The translations under genes were made by a program, and so were the position numbers. A stretch of DNA of 63,484 nucleotides, counting the filler, from Nemertoderma westbladi (Eukaryota; Animalia; Xenacoelomorpha): assembly GCA_032718475.1 (NCBI GenBank). It is 3 parts of 3 records of this genome, joined end to end, with 100 filler letters (N's around TTAATTAATTAA, not from the genome) between each part and the next. Parts side by side here need not be neighbours in the genome. Positions count along the whole stretch, not along the records: positions 55,245 to 63,484 come from JAUCBJ010000211.1; 2 more parts are not named here. One strand, given 5' to 3'. Positions 63,166 through 63,484 of the stretch are shown in pieces (position 1 is the first letter of the stretch; each line of letters opens with the position of its first letter). Under the pieces are notes generated by a model. That model was not told the DNA's origin. It did no database searches and was given only the letters and a program-made list of their open reading frames with translations.

Positions 63166-63484
63166 TAGAATACTTAATGCACACCGATTGTGTGGCTGCA
63201 CAGATTGGGAATGCAACACGGCTTGGAAATCGCAATGCAGAACGCCTATTATTATAGTGTAGTACCATAACCCTAGAGGCAATAATCTTATAACGATAAA
63301 TATATATGGATGATATAAAACCACTGGTGAAGAAACCTGAAGAAGGACACCTGTTTGTATATATTTATCATATAATTCCGAAATTACACAATGCATCAAC
63401 CAATATATAGGGAGGCATACCGGTACCGTCAATTCAGGGATAATTACTTACATATTTCAAATCATATAAATAAATAATTCATAT

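Overview
Animal (invertebrate-like, AT-rich) genomic DNA in three pieces joined by two artificial 100-nt N/TTAATTAATTAA/N spacers (30076-30175, 55145-55244), so adjacency across them is not reliable. Host genes: single-exon LIPT1, a 6-exon ATG4C/D-like protease gene, an intronless CD109-like thioester protein gene broken by two stop codons and an LTR element, and RPL22 with a Pro/Ala/Lys-rich N-terminal extension. The rest is mostly transposon debris (RTE-group LINEs, a CRE-like fragment, a DD41D Tc1/mariner, hAT, Harbinger and TA-flanked non-autonomous elements, SINE heads) and minisatellites. The standout is the 412-bp tandem array at 1-2745. Each unit fuses a tRNA-derived Pol III A/B-box head directly to a minimal type I hammerhead ribozyme with a palindromic helix III, inside a unit that is extensively self-complementary. 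This fits a Pol III-driven retrozyme or circular-RNA-like element. Second is a pol-less LTR element whose primer-binding site is complementary to its own predicted transcript 5' end (Tf1-like self-priming). All calls were made by eye from the sequence; no database search or folding program was run.
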